Of a stretch of 64,000 nt of DNA, positions 10,801 to 22,733 are shown piece after piece (position 1 is the first letter of the stretch; each line of letters starts with the position of its first letter). The DNA is from Phoronis australis (Eukaryota > Animalia > Phoronida), in contig NMRA01000379.1 in assembly GCA_002633005.1 (NCBI GenBank), positions 248,001 through 312,000 on the forward strand, given 5' to 3'. A program made the translations under genes and the position numbers. Below the pieces are notes generated by a model, which saw only the letters and a program-made list of their open reading frames with translations, made no database searches and had not been told where the DNA came from.

Positions 10801-13800
10801 AATACCAGGAATTGGCAACCTATAGTGATTACAGTAATTTTTTTGCTTATTTCGCACACAATATGGCCAACAAGTGAACTTCATTTTGTTAAACTTCTCT
10901 AGAAAAATAAAGATTAAAAATTTTTAGTCTAGTATTAGCATGGCTTGTGCTGAGTAAATGTCATCAAATAACTTTGGTAAATTTTCAATTATTTGGAAAA
11001 ATGACAATTTTGGCAATTATTTTCATGTCAAATAAGCAGAGAAGTTAACTTCAACTTTCATAGCATTGCTCAAACATACTTCAGGAACAATTAACAGACA
11101 TTATCTTACATAGGTGATGATATGGCCATGAAATTATTAATTATCACTGTGAAATACGTCAGAATTACTTTTCCATATTTTCTCTAGAGAAGATAACCAT
11201 TATCATCTCTAGAGAAAAAACCCTGTCAAAGCCATAAGGATTATCATGGTATTTGGTGGGATAAATCCATAAGAGTTACTGTAGTTCTTTTAACTCATCT
11301 CTGCATGGCATCACTCACAATTTTGTACTAGTGTTAGTGTCACCAATAATTGAAAAACACCTAACAAATGACAACTGAACTACATATATAACACAAATCA
11401 TAAACATATCCCGTCAAATACCATCTAAAGTTTTTACTCAATAAACTTGATAATTTAAGTGCACAAATACACGCATCCTAAACGATACAGCAACCCAATA
11501 TAATAACCCACAGTTATCATCATGTATTTTGTATAGCACATATGAATTTTCAACAACAGCAATGCAGAGTGTTGAAATGTGCCCACAAATTCACTGCAAA
11601 CGGTGTGCTTCCAAGGTGTATATTTTTATTTTAAAAATGGCCACTGGATGGTGCAAAATACTTTGAATCCATCAAAAAATGGGTAAATATCACTGTTTTT
11701 AACAGAAAGCTATTTACTAAATTTTATGAAAATCCGTCAAGGAACTTGAGAGAAACAGCAAAACCGAAAAAAATGAAGTTGCCACTAAGAAGCAAAGCAT
11801 TCACCGGATCTGTCTCAAAGTTATCGTCTTCTATTGTTAACTTCATATGGATACACTTGCTATTTAATAAAGATCCTGCAGAGTGGTTTGATTGACGGAG
11901 GGACGTACGCCAAAAAACAGACTCAAAAATAACAAAAATGGCCGCTAAGTGGCACAAAAAATAGAATCCATCCAAGAACAGGAAGATAGTGTCACCTCAT
12001 GAATAGATGCCTATGTGCCAAATTTTACGGAAATCTGTTGAGGACCTTTGAAGATACAGAGCTAAATATAAAAAAATAAAATTGCCACTAAGGGGCACAC
12101 CGGTAGTCCCATCTGTCTGAAGGTCGTTGTCATCCGTTGTCAACTTCATATAAATACATTCGCTACATTTAATAAAGATCCCATATAACATTAAGGAGAT
12201 AACCTATGGGCGCAAAAACAAACAAAACTGCCACTAGGACGCATCACAGTAATTGAAGTCATCGGAAAATCGTCGTCAACCGTCCTCTTCACAGCAAGAA
12301 CATACATGCCAATTTTCAGTCATCCTTAAAGTGGTTTGATTGATAAATGGGTGGCTGCCAAAAATTGGACTCGAAAAAATAAAAATGACCACTAGATGGC
12401 GCAGACTACATCCGAAAACAGGATGATAGTGTCATCTCATTGATAGATGCCTATGTGCCAAATTTCATGAAAATTGGTTGAGGACCTTTGAAGATACAGA
12501 GGCGAACGTAAAAAATTAAAATTGCCACTAGGGGGCGCAGCAGTATTCGGGTCAGTCCCAAACTTGTCGCCCTCTATCGTCAACCCCATAGGAACACACC
12601 TGCAAAATTTCAATGACAGCCTGCAAGGGTTTAGGAGATACAGCCACGGACGCCTGGACGCTCAAACAGAGATGACGGCGGCAACATACACCCACATATA
12701 AATATGTGGGCGCATAAAATCACAGAAAGCATTTTGGCATTAGATTACAACCTTCAAACAAAGCAACTATAAAGTCGCTTTTCACCATTATGAAATTGGT
12801 CTCGGTCAAAATACGTGGAAACAGTTGACAGTTCATAATTATTTGAGATCAGACTCTACAAGACTTAGTTGACTTGTCATGGTGTGTCATTTTATTCGTT
12901 GAGCATGACCTCAAAAGTAACATATTTTCAGTATTTTACACGACCAAAATCACTTGTTATCAGCATAAGGAGCAATGTAAGAACAATTTTAGAGCGATTA
13001 GAGGTGTGAATCAAAATTATTTTCTTTGACTGACACAATGCATTATTTCATGCCACAAATTACATATAGGTAAATAAAACAACAATAATAGGTCAATTGA
13101 AATTTTCGGATATAATAACATCCTTTGTCAACAGAGACAGAAATAAAGTAAAACTTTTCATTTCTGTCTCTGTTGACAAAGGAAGTTATTATTGTTTTAT
13201 AATAATATCTGAATTCTACATTTTGTCGAACAATAGTATCATTGAGAGGATCTGGATCACCTTATTTAGTTTCAGATTTATTTTCTACATCACAAATTCC
13301 ACCAATGTTCCAAAAATACAGTGAAGATGACACCTTCCACAATCATACAAAAACAGAATGTAACCAACCATACCTCTTTGTCTCATTACTCTTGAAAGCT
13401 CAGAGAACCTCATGTCATAGCAAACACCAATTCCTACTTTGCAATAAGCTGAAATAAGATTTAGTAAAATATTCAGTAGGCGACAAGGATTTTTTTTAAT
13501 TTTTGAGGTTTCCATACAGTTAGAATAAATGTTTGATATCTTTTGAACTTAATCGACAGTCAGGTCACTTTGGCTATGATTCGGTTGAACATTTCTTAAT
13601 TAAAAAACAAAACATTTGAAATGTAAATATAGCAAAGCTGCTCTCAATCAATACAAATAGCTGACTGAGTCATTAAATAAGATTTCATAACATAAAAAGT
13701 GAACTCTAAAGAAGTGACGCGCAGAATATCTTACGTGTGTCAAAGGTGATTACTTCATTGCCAGGACTGAGAGTATCTGATTCTTTAAAGACCATCCGTC

Positions 13801-16800
13801 CGGGAACGTTAATGTCAAACATGTGCATCTAAATGAACAAGACCAGTTCTTATCAAGTCAAGTTTTATAATTCATTTTAGTCGAATTTCAGTAATGATGA
13901 CCAAATTCACTACCCTTCAAATATAAAGACAAATTGTATACACCCAGCTTCAATTCACAAGACATTCTCAATTTATCACAAAAACAATTTATTAAACAAT
14001 TTAGACAAAAGATGAATTCTTGTTACAACAATTATTAAACAATTTAGACTAAAGATGAATTCTTGTTACAACAATTATTAAACAATTTAGACTAAAGATG
14101 AATTCTTGTTATAACAATGCCATATAAACCTTTCTGAACTTTGTAATTAATTCTCCCTGGTCATTAAACACGGCACATGTATTGTATAGCTTTCCATCTT
14201 CTTCCTCAGGAAATGTACCTGCAATTTCCAATAAGCAAATCAATTCAAGTGGCATTACTATGTAACTACTATAAAATATCTATTGTGGTAAAGTTTCTTC
14301 CAATAATAACACTATATGGCAGAACATCTGGTAAAAAATCTTATCAAAATTTTCAACAAATATAAACAAGAAAACAATTTCATTTCATTATTTGAAAACT
14401 TAACCTAGTGCAGTAGTCATCAACAAATACAAAATTTTGAAAACTTTTAGGAATACAATGAGTGCTGGAAAAATGAAAAATGACATTTTCAGACATTACT
14501 TTTGTTTGAATTTCAGGAAACTTTACTGTACTCCTTTCAACACATATTACATGTCATATGCTAAATATTTTTGATTTTGTTGAAAAAAGAATAATTATGT
14601 TCAGGATTCAAATCAAAAATGCTCCCAGCAAAAGTACGCCAAAATGTTACCAGTTTGGGACATAACAATGCGTACAAGTAAAATGCATTGTGTATAAAAG
14701 ACAAGAAACACCAAATAATTGCTTTTATCATTTTAAACTACAATACCATAGCTACCATATGATGTTTTAAAAAACTGTGGGCATTCTCAACATTAGAAGC
14801 TAAATGAAAGGTTAATTTTGGCAGCAATTAGATGTCTACATGCCAAATTTTATGAAAATTTGTTGAGTACCTTTGAAGACACAGAGGTAATGTAAAAAAA
14901 TAAAATTGCTACCAGGGGGCACACCGGTAGTCAGATCTGTCTGAACGTCATCGTTGCTCATTGCTCATTGTCAACATCATACATTGTCAAATACACTTTT
15001 TAAATTTAGTAAAGATCCTGCAAATGGTTTAGGAGATAGAGCCATGGGCGGAAAAAAAACTGCCACTAGGAGACACCACAGTGGTCGAAGTCATCCGAAA
15101 ATCATTGTTAGCCATCCTCGTGATAGCAAGAACATACATGCCAATTTTCACAATCATCCTTAGAGCGGTTTGGTTGATAGAGGGGTGGACGCCAAAAAAA
15201 CAAAAAAGTAAAAATGGCCACTAAGTGGCGCAAACTACTCCAAATCCACCCAAAAAGGGGAGGATAGCGTCATCTAACAAATACATGCCTATATGTCAAT
15301 TTTTATGAAAACACGTTAAGAACTTTTGAAGATAAAGCGGTAAACGTAAAAAAATAAAATTGCCACTAGGGGGCACACTGGTAGTCGGATCCATCAGAAA
15401 TTTTGCTCATGGCGTCCTATTCACGAAAGGAACATATACGCAAAATTTCATGACAATATGTCAAAGGGTTTTGGATATAGAGCAATGGATGCCGGACAGA
15501 CGCTGGACGGACTGACAGACTGGACGACGGCATAATAACCACATATAAACATGTGGGCGCATAAAAAGAGCAAGATACGTCTATTGCCACAAGTCGTGGG
15601 TAGAGAGGGTTGTGGGTCATGGAGGTTGTGGGTCGAGAGGGTTGTAGGTCAAGGGGGTTGTGGGGTTTGTGGGTCGTAGGGTTTTAGAACAACCCAATGC
15701 CATGCAAAACCTAGTTCCTCACAAGTTTCATAGAGTGGTAAAAGGAAAAAATTCACCGTCTTAACGCACGACCAAAAACCAGTAAGACAAGTATTGTAAT
15801 TCACTTATTTAGCACACAGTTTGGCCGACAAGAGAAATTCTGTTTTGTTAAATTTCTCCATAAAAGTAGATTAAGAAAATTTTAGTTTATTACTGACATG
15901 GTTTGCATGATGTAGATGTCATGAAACAACATTTCTTAAGGTTGTCTTTGTTCCCAGAAAGGTTATCAGCCTTTAAAAAAGTAGAAAATGATAATTTCAG
16001 CAATTATTAAATTTGTACAAAATAAGTGGGGAATTTCCGTAACAAAGCATGCCGATGAAGAACAAAAGGATCACCTACCACCAATAATGAAAACTTTATT
16101 TTCTTTGGCTGCAGAAGACAAAGCCTCAAAAGATGGGCCATGAAATGTTTCGGCATAATTCACAAAATGCTCAGGCCCGAAGGGACACATGAACCATTCC
16201 TACAAAAATTGGTCCAGAAAAATTAACGCCATGATTGTGTGAACAAGCAGACTACTTTTACAAAGCACAAAGTTGTTATTTTGATGCCACGGAATATTCC
16301 AACCAAACTTGGACGGAGATGTTTCACGCAAGATTTGAAAAACTTAAATATGACCAAATCGTCATAGTTTTCTTTTTGAGTACAGAGTTTATTTTCCCCA
16401 GGCTGCCAACAAAATGTTACTGCAAATTGAGTAATTTTAACATACAATGAATAATTCCTCGTCTATTCAGCACAAGATATGGTAGATGAATGAAATTTCA
16501 TTTTGTTCATTTCCAAACCTACAATCAATTCAGCATGGTTTATATGTCTGCATAATTGACAAAAATGTTTGAACATGTGGAGCAAGGTGGCCAGGGTTTG
16601 AAAATAAGGACACATGGCAATCTTGGTGATTATATTTGTGCAAAATAGCTGAAGAACTATCATACAGTAGTTTACTGACCCCAACAAGCAACAAGTAGAT
16701 TTGTTATCAATCGACACCATTTTGTTGGTTCCTTTCCCGTGACATCAAACAAAACTAATGGAAACCTACCACCAATCACAAAAACTTTATTGTCCTTGGC

Positions 16801-19800
16801 AGCCGACGACAAGGCATCAAACGACTGCCCATTAAATTTCTCTGCATACTTTGGGAAATACGAGTTACCATAGGGGCTGTTGAAACATTCCTGGAAATAG
16901 ATTATTTGTTAGCAAAACGTTGCTTGATTTGATTGCAATAAAAACAACAAATACAGACAAGAGTCAATTAACAAAGCAAAGCATTGCTCTGACTATAACA
17001 AAGCAAAGCAAAGCATTGCTGTGACTATTACAAAGCAAAGCATTGCTCAGACTATAACAATGCAAAGCATTGCTCTGACTATAACAAAGCAAGTGATTGC
17101 TCTGACTATGACAAAGCAAAGCATTGCTCAGACTGTAACAAAGCAAAGCATTGATCTGACTATAACAAACCAAAGCATTGCTCTGACTGTAACAAAGCAA
17201 GTGGTTGGTCTATAACATACATGAATGATTTCAATGTACACGTAAACATTACGTAACTGAACATTTCAAGCAAACACTACTCAGTAGATACTTGATAAAA
17301 ACTCACAAAAATCAGAATAAAGCTGTACATCAAATATAAGTGTAGAAAGACAAGAAGCATTGCAGGTGTAGCCACCAATTGTCAAGAACATTTAAATATT
17401 TTGATATATTTTACTAATTCCAGTGTCAATCGTCCTAAACTACTAGGGCCTCACAGAACAGCAAACTGGGCTTTACTAACTCTTTGGGAATAGTTTTGAT
17501 CATTTCAGTTATAATTGCTTCTACTGATGTCCTACAACTGTTTTTAGTTGCTCTTGATTAGGTGTGGCCCTTTTGTGCAGGATTTCTGTTTCTTTGATAC
17601 TAAGTTACCATGGAAACTTTGGACACTGCACATACTGTATACTGTATACACATAAATACAATATGACATCAGCAATCCTACTCAGTTTTCTTATACAATT
17701 GTCTTTTTACACTTCATGGTTAACATCTGTGGTGGCAGCAATATTTGGTTACTGTTGATATTATTATCTACTAATAAGTATTGCAGATGAACATGTACCT
17801 TGAAACTTTCCATAAATTTATGTCCACATCTTACAGTGGATATAAACACAAACAATGGACAGAGACAAAACACAATATTTCACCAATTTCTGACAAACGT
17901 TGTTACCATAATTGCCCTTTTTCGTTTTTCAAGGGCTCCTAACATTGCTGTAAATGCCAACAATTTATCAAAATGATGTCTAATGTTAGCTGTTGTATAG
18001 GAAAAGCATTAAGTTGTTCTAGACACTTAACTTTGTATGAAAAAATAAAAAAATTTAATTTCCACCACACTGTATACTAATTGGTTAGATTTAGCTGTAG
18101 TTATCCAGTAAGTCCATTTCTAAAGTCCAGCTATAATTCTTTATACTTCGGTCCCAGACTGGCAAACACCGAACAAAATCTGACAATTCCCAGACATACA
18201 CTCTTAATCTTCACAAAAGCACCCAGAACATTCCATGCCCAGCGGTCAGAACATTCCACACCCAGTGACCAAATTCACGCACCCACAGCATTCCATACCC
18301 AGTGACCAAACTCCAGTCTCAGCTAAAAATTCTTTAGTTTGGGACACAATAAAGCAGACAGGTGAAATTCATTTATAAAATTTCTCAACAAAAATAACTT
18401 TTAAGAAATTTTACTTTGGTTTTAGCATGGTTTGGATCGTGCAGCTAGTACCAAAACAACATTAGGTAAAATTTTGAACATTTGAAAAATATGGCGAGCT
18501 TCCGAAAAATAGAAATATGGCAATCATAGCAATTGTTTTTTCCAAACTGAAGAATTTTTACCGAAATCTGGTCTCCGGAATTGAAATTTGGTCCTCCGGT
18601 ATGGATTTAGGTAACCAGGTATAGTTAGGGAAAAGTGTATGGGATTTGTACTGAGGTCACAAGCTTGATGTTCGTTGGAACAGAATAGGGGATTAGATTT
18701 ATGCCTTGGAATTTAAAGGTGTGACCATGGAATTGTCTCCCCTTCTGGGCATCTATCTACAAGAATACACACTATTAACAAAAGTGGATAAGGAAATCAA
18801 TACGGTACCGGCAATGTGATGATTTTTGCCCCTTGGTTGGCAGCCTCTTTGATTTTTCTTGCAGCTCGTGCTAAGTTCTCCGGCTTGCTGGCACCCACAG
18901 CTAGCTGAATAAGTGCAACTTTGGCCCCTTCAGAAAAAACACATGGACACATTTTGGTAAAGTATGATATAACATGCCCGCATTTAAACAACCAGTTTTC
19001 TCCACAAAATAATGGGCATCAAACTGGTTCTCAAATTGTAAGCATATATTCTCAGACTGTTGCCCACATTTTCAACAGATGATACCACATATTTACAACT
19101 CCTTTTGTCAAAAACTAAAATGTCCCACAGGGGGTGCTACAGCAGCTAAACCAGTCCAAAAATCGACTGGTACCAGCGCATACCAGCCACCTACCTCTAT
19201 ACCAAATGTCATCAAGGTCTGTCAAGCGGTTTCAAAGTAACTGGTTGTGCTGGTGCATCCACGCCGATTACCTCTACACCAAATTTGATCATGATCTTCC
19301 AAGCGGACAAAAAATGAAATGATGGACCCATAATTTTTAATTAGGTTGAAATATAAAACACAATTTTTGAGATAATCAACCTGTCTTGTCAAAAACTAAA
19401 ATGGCCAACAGGGGGTGCTATGGTAGCCAAATCTGTCTGAAAATCGATTGGTGCTGGTGCATGCTAGCCGTCTATCTCTATGCCAAATGTCATCATGAGC
19501 CGTTTATAATAAGTGGTTTCAAGATAATTGACGGACAAGCAAGGATTCGAGCAGTCAAAAATCTAACGGGGTGCCACAGTAGTTCAATACAGCATAAAAA
19601 ATTGACTGGTGCCAGCACAATCTTGCGATATACTTCTCTTTCGAATTTCATCGTGATCAGTGAAGCAGTTTTTGAGATAATCAACATACAAGGAATGGCT
19701 AGTCGAAAACTAAAGCGCCCAACATGGGGTTCCAAGGTTGCCAAATCCACTCCAAAATTGACTGGTGCAGACGCATCCTTGCCAAGTACCTCTATACGAA

Positions 19801-21826
19801 ATTTCATCACGATCGGCCAAGCAGTTCTTGAGATAATTGATAGACAAGAAATGATAATGACAGACAGATTGACCACAAAGTTTTTGTTGGGTGCGGAAAA
19901 ATTCCATGTGAGATCACAACTCTTATCAGTTACCAGAAACTTGCTTTTCAAATACACCTGTGAGCAATACTTTTGGCAGCCATCAGGTGTCTCTGTTCAC
20001 CACGAGTCTCTTGTAATTTCAATAAGATTTTTTCAATTTCATGGATCTATGAATTTCAAACGAACGCTTTTAAACTGCTATGTCAAGTGAATATTGGAAC
20101 TTTTCTATCTGACTCCTCATACTTTTTATTTAGAAATCATCAATTTTCTTATACGAGTTAACACCAGTTTAGTGTCGCAGAAATTTTATTCTAATATGAC
20201 TGCAGTACAACATGTGCTTGTAATCAAGTTGCCTATGACTTGATTAATGGCATAGTGTACATATTGCACTCTGTACACTAGCAACATGGACTTGTTTTTT
20301 GTTTTGGGATATATTTGGGTATTTGCCAAGTGAATTTCTGGTGAGTTTTGATTTCTTTTGTGTTTGGCGGAAAATACCAACCTGTCAGCATTTACAGGTC
20401 AAAAAATACCACCTGGTTTTAATGCTTTACTTCTTACTACCTACAATTTGATTTTTTTCTAAAGACCACCACCGTGACCCATGAATTTATATTTCAACTG
20501 CCGTTACCCCCTCCCATAGTTTACAAAAACAGCCCTCTGTTGTGGGCTTTTTTACTCAAACAAAAAAAAACGGTTGGACCAAGACTTTTACATCAAAATT
20601 TACGAAAACAGCTAAGTAGATTACCAAACAAATATTAGAGATATTAGTTGAATGCTGAGTGCACTATGTGTTTGGTAATCTCGAGTCAAATTGATGTTTT
20701 AAAGTTTATCACATGATCTTAACTAGCTTTAATATTCTGTAGAATGAGTCATCAGAGCAGCAGTTACAAACAAGAAATATGGTGTGTGGTTTATATTTTG
20801 GCAACAGGGGTCACTGCTGTTCCATTTTAAAATGCACATTGAAAAGAATGAAACGGGAGCAAATCATGAAATTACAGGTCTGAAACACCAGTTTGGAGTT
20901 ACACCCAGCTATGACTTCTATACAATGTAATGAATTACAACTGGAGGTAATATCATTGGTGGTATAGCCAGCAGTGGATGAAAATGTGGATGATTTGCTA
21001 ATGCTTGCACACTGCATAAAGGCCTGTTAGGCGCCAATGTTGAAAAATCTGATGACGCTAAGACATGTGGGGTTGCCAACAGGACAGCCGAGCGTCCAAA
21101 TGGATCAGCCAAGTGGCAAGGGACTTTGATCGGTTTATATGGCTGTAGAGTAGGTCACGGCTGGAAGTCACATGTCTCAACATAAGATGGTGAAGGAGAA
21201 ATGACAACCAGCCATTTTTAACACTGCGACAGTCTGCGTTATGATATCATATTTCCTGGATGCCAGTTATTGATTTTGGGAACTGAACTAAAGACTGTTT
21301 GAAAAAAAAATTTATAACAGGAGTGTTTGTTGTTAGAAGGAATAAATACATCAACGTTCTCCTAAGGCTAAGGCTTTGCCTTTTTAAGCCAGGCTAATGT
21401 GTCGCTCTAGTCTATGCACAAAAGGTACCTATTTAACCTATGCTATACCAACGGGACTTTGATGTTTCAATTACTGTGCTCGGCGTAATTCATCGAAAAA
21501 CTGATGGCGTAACAAGTGCCTTTAAAAACTTAATTGTCTAGAAGAGTGGTCGTGGCGGTGGTCACACTCTTATCTCTACTAAGCTATGTTAGTATTAAGT
21601 AAATAGTAAAGATGATTATGTGATAGCCGGGCACAGTCAACACTTCATTGCAAGTCAAACGACCGCCGTTCTCTAGCTGGCCCCAGTCGACAAGGTACCC
21701 AAACTACACGGTTAACGGACCGCTAAACACGGCTGATTCACGGCAGTTGGTTTTCAAACTCGGCATACTACGACATGAACGCTGACTATGAGTTATGGCT
21801 GCGTAACGATAATCACCTGAATACAT
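7844..21826 (-). CDS. NIT2: Omega-amidase NIT2 (nitrilase family), complete, 279 aa. Exons: 21817-21826, 18809-18927, [16770-16890 or 16079-16199], 14130-14218, 13735-13828, 13374-13448, 10642-10819, 8831-8886, 7844-7941
   Basis: All introns are GT-AG and in phase; 840 nt in total. [15 protein letters not shown]...ITLP|ECFNSPYG...|[18 protein letters not shown]...KFRK|[14 protein letters not shown]|[15 protein letters not shown]|[32 protein letters not shown]...NPW|[13 protein letters not shown]|[23 protein letters not shown]. The Glu44-Lys113-Cys154 triad is present. The 10-nt first exon is the least certain part. Confidence 0.95.
11552..12719 (+). mobile_element. HINE/pearl-like Helentron-associated element with internal ~145-bp tandem core repeats
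   Basis: 5' end aacaacagcaatgcagagtgttgaaatgtgcccac; about 7 core monomers; GGAC-type microsatellite remnant; 3' palindrome cccacatataaatatgtggg followed by cgcataaaa; subterminal inverted repeat atgtgcccaca / tgtgggcgcat. Confidence 0.75.
13112..13192. repeat. Inverted repeat / hairpin (24-bp perfect arms, extendable to ~33 bp)
   Basis: 13121-13144 tcctttgtcaacagagacagaaat is the exact reverse complement of 13160-13183. The flanks ataataac / gttattat extend the stem. Confidence 0.9.
13989..14117. repeat. Tandem repeat 43 bp x3 in a NIT2 intron
   Basis: ttattaaacaatttagac(a/t)aaagatgaattcttgttacaacaa repeated three times. Confidence 0.9.
14826..15567 (+). mobile_element. HINE/pearl-like element, 5'-truncated copy
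   Basis: Same core monomers, then ggacagacgctggacggactgacagac, then ccacatataaacatgtgggcgcataaaaa at the 3' end. Confidence 0.75.
16079..16199 (-). CDS. NIT2: NIT2 alternative exon 3A (divergent homologous copy), 121 nt
   Basis: Acceptor ttttgtAG, donor GTAGGT, open frame [40 protein letters not shown](G). Same length and phases (0/1) as exon 3B. Confidence 0.85.
16770..16890 (-). CDS. NIT2: NIT2 exon 3B (canonical copy), 121 nt
   Basis: Acceptor tttccAG, donor [46 protein letters not shown](G), with the canonical NIT2 PECFNSPY motif. Confidence 0.92.
16970..17205. repeat. Minisatellite ~27 bp x ~8-9
   Basis: acaaagcaaagcattgctctgactata units. These explain the spurious repetitive ORFs 16964-17200 and 17021-17215. 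Confidence 0.9.
18970..19902 (+). mobile_element. Second HINE-like family with internal tandem repeats
   Basis: Repeated units (aaaactaaaatggcc..cagggggtgcta...actggtgc...aaatttcatc..gatc...ttttgagataat), a gacagacaga microsatellite near the 3' end, and a terminal gggtgcggaaaaa. Confidence 0.55.
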
Positions 21827-22400
21827 GTCGTCCTTGCCCATCACACGCTAACAGGAAGTGTGACCCATTTATAGAAATAGGTCAAGATACGAATCAAACA
21901 TTTAAAAAATCTAACTTTTTATCTAAAACTAGCGGAAAGATCTGGAGCATAGTGAAAATTTCTTTTATATTCTTAAAATAATTTCATGCAAGTAAAATCT
22001 TGGGTATTTCATCTGTGTATTTTTATCGGATGTAATATCCTCGTGCCGGTTGGCGCCTTTTTAAAAACCAGCATGGATCATCAAAACATCGTTGATGTTA
22101 GAAGTTGTTAACGTCGTGTTGTCTGAGGATCTGGTTTGGAAATGCACACCATCAAGTGACTTGAAACTGAAGATCTTGGAATTTGAATGATTTTACCAAG
22201 TCAAAAAGTTTGATATTCGAACTGCAGTTTGCTGTTTGGTTAGTTAGATTTTGACTCGATTTCAATCCATTTAAAAGTAGTTTGACGTGCGAAAGTGAAA
22301 CCCCTTACTACATACAACTGGCTTTATAAACTCGGCAAGTACTGTCCCGTCCAGTGGGGGCTTAGACATTATTTTCCAACGTTTTTGTCCAGGTGCAATC
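21827..22400. promoter_or_regulatory. Putative NIT2 promoter, possibly bidirectional with CHEK1
   Basis: Immediately upstream of the NIT2 ATG, with relatively more CpG around 21.6-22.1 kb. ETS-like ACAGGAAGTG at ~21851 and E2F-like TTGGCGCC at ~22049. The CHEK1 ATG exon has a splice acceptor, so its TSS must lie further upstream. Confidence 0.35.
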
Positions 22401-22733
22401 TGGTAACAATCGGATGAGACAATAAACTGTTTTTCAAAGTGTTGAAAAATGTCTACCGACACAGTAGACAGTGCACCACCGCCTCTAATAGGCCTACGTC
22501 TTTAGACAATGAGCACCGTCTCCAGCTGGCTCAGTATTGGCAGTAGAGGCGATGAAGCTCTTGTAGGAGCTTCTTACACCACAAGGTTTTTGGCGAACTA
22601 TGCCTGATTGAAAAGTCATGTTGTCATAAGTACCTTTTGTCCAGGACACCTTAGAAGGCTGTTGATGTCTTTAATTCTTTCCAACTTGAACAAAATATTT
22701 CTTTTATCAAACGTTTTCTTCCAGGAGTTTGGT

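Noticed and set aside
16970-17205. Regularly spaced repeats as CRISPR-like arrays (also 30087-30262 and 40743-40853)
   Set aside because: The units are contiguous with no unique spacers, the context is eukaryotic introns and there are no cas genes. They are minisatellites.
19386-20090. 234-aa ORF and overlapping antisense ORFs
   Set aside because: They coincide with a tandem-core repeat element, and the peptide periodicity mirrors the DNA monomers.
20811-21183. Possible alternative NIT2 first exon or targeting peptide ORFs
   Set aside because: No convincing combination of ATG, strong donor and targeting-peptide composition. The 10-nt exon at 21817-21826 gives a normal NIT2 N-terminus.
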